Source of the DNA: Mobula hypostoma
Taxonomy: Eukaryota
Length of the DNA stretch: 64,000 nucleotides
Assembly: GCF_963921235.1 (NCBI RefSeq)
Contig: NC_086108.1
Coordinates: 1,984,001-2,048,000, forward strand
Direction: 5' to 3'
In this document: piece after piece, positions 62,701 to 64,000 of the stretch
Layout of the letters: each line of letters starts with the position of its first letter
Position numbering within the stretch: position 1 is the first letter of the stretch
Program-made: the position numbers and the translations under genes
The notes under the pieces: model-generated
Database searches by the model: none
What the model was told of the DNA's origin: nothing
What the model saw: the letters and a program-made list of their open reading frames with translations, nothing else

Positions 62701-64000
62701 AGGGATAGTTGGTCACGGGTAGAGACGAGGGGAGTTGGTCACGGGTAGAGACGAGGGGAGTTGGTCCCCGGTAGAGACAAGGGGGAGTTGGTCACGGGTA
62801 GAGACGAGGGAGAGTTGGTCACGGGTAGAGACGAGGGAGAGTTGGTCACTGGTAGAGACGAGCGGAGTTGGTCACGGGGCGAGACGAGGGGAGTAGGTCA
62901 CGGGTAGAGACGAGGGGAGCTGTTCACGGGTAGAGACGAGGGGAGTTGGTCACGGGTAGAGACGAGGGCAGCTGGTCACGGGTAGAGACGAGGGGAGTTG
63001 TTCATGGGTAGAGACGAGTGAGAGGTGTACATGGGTAGAGACGAGTGAGAGTTGTTCATGGGTAGAGATGAGGGGAGTTGTTCACGGGTAGACACGAGGG
63101 AGAGTTGGTCACGGGTAGAGACGAGGGGAGCTGTTCACGGGTAGAGACGAGGGGGAGTTGGTCATGGGTAGAGACGAGGGGGAGTTGGTCATGGGTAGAG
63201 ATGATGGAGAGTTGGTCACGGGTAGAGACGAGGAGAGTTGGTCATGGGTAGAGACGAAGGGAGTTGGTCACGGGTAGTGACGAGGGGGAGTTGGTCATGG
63301 GTATAGACGAGGGGAGTTGGTCACGGGTAAAGATGAAAGGGAGTTGGTCACGGGTAGAGACGAGGGGAGTTGGTCACGGGTAGAGACGAGGGGAGTTGGT
63401 CATGGGTAGAGATGACGGAGAGTTGGTCATGGGTACAGACGAGAGGAGTTGGTCATGGGTAGAGATGACGGAGAGTTGGTCACGGGTAGAGACGAGGGGC
63501 GTTGGTCACGGGTTGAGACGAGGGAGAGTTGGTCATTGGTAGAGACGAGTGGTGTTGGTCACGCGTAGAGACGAGGGGAGTTGGTCACGAGTAGATACGA
63601 GTGGAGTTGGTCACGGGTAGAGACGAGTGGAGTTGGTCACGGGTAGAGACGCAGGAGAGTTGGTCACGGGTAGAGACGAGTGGCGTTCGTTACGCGTAGA
63701 GATGAGGGGAGTTGGTCATGGATAGAGACGAGGGGAGTTGTTCTCGGGTAGAGTCGAGGGGAGTTGTTCACGGGTAGAGACGAGGGGAGTTGTTAACGGG
63801 TAGAGACGAGGGGAGTTGGTCACGGGTAGAGACGAGAGGAGTTGGTCACGGGTAGAGATGAGGGGAATTGGTCACGGGGAGAGACGACGGGGAGTTAGTC
63901 ACGGGGAGAGACGAGGGGAGTTGTTCACGGGCAGAGAGGAGGGGTGTTGGTCACGGGTAGAGAGGAGGGGTGTTGGTCACGGGTAGAGACGGGGGGAGAT
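26681..64000. repeat. Large tandem satellite of 26/27-bp monomers (>37 kb, about 1,400 units, runs off the window)
   Basis: Consensus GAGACGAGGG(G|AG)AGTTGGTCACGGGTA in one orientation throughout; no non-satellite insertion seen. Confidence 0.99.

Noticed and set aside
26681..64000. CRISPR-like array or telomeric repeat
   Set aside because: Monomers are contiguous with no unique spacers, no cas genes are present, the context is eukaryotic, and there are no TTAGGG runs.

Overview
Vertebrate genomic DNA; the repeat families (HE1/V-type SINE, CR1, Rex1/Babar, RTE, Penelope-like elements) suggest a cartilaginous fish, probably a ray (inference). Bases 32-1257 hold the last two coding exons of an IkappaB-family gene (NFKBIA-like). 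About 1.3-26.7 kb is a dense field of mostly broken and often nested transposons, including several Penelope-like (PLE) terminal repeats with hammerhead-ribozyme motifs. From 26681 to the window end lies a >37-kb array of a 26/27-bp G-rich monomer (about 1,400 units) with nested kilobase-scale block duplications. Main finding: on the minus strand the first monomer reads in frame into the adjacent Penelope GIY-YIG endonuclease remnant (HDQLSLVST-HEDQEGHKVNW...HAKEFLEVWFS). The satellite therefore appears to have grown from a nine-codon piece of a retroelement gene. Family assignments come from recalled motifs, not database searches, and most TE boundaries are approximate.
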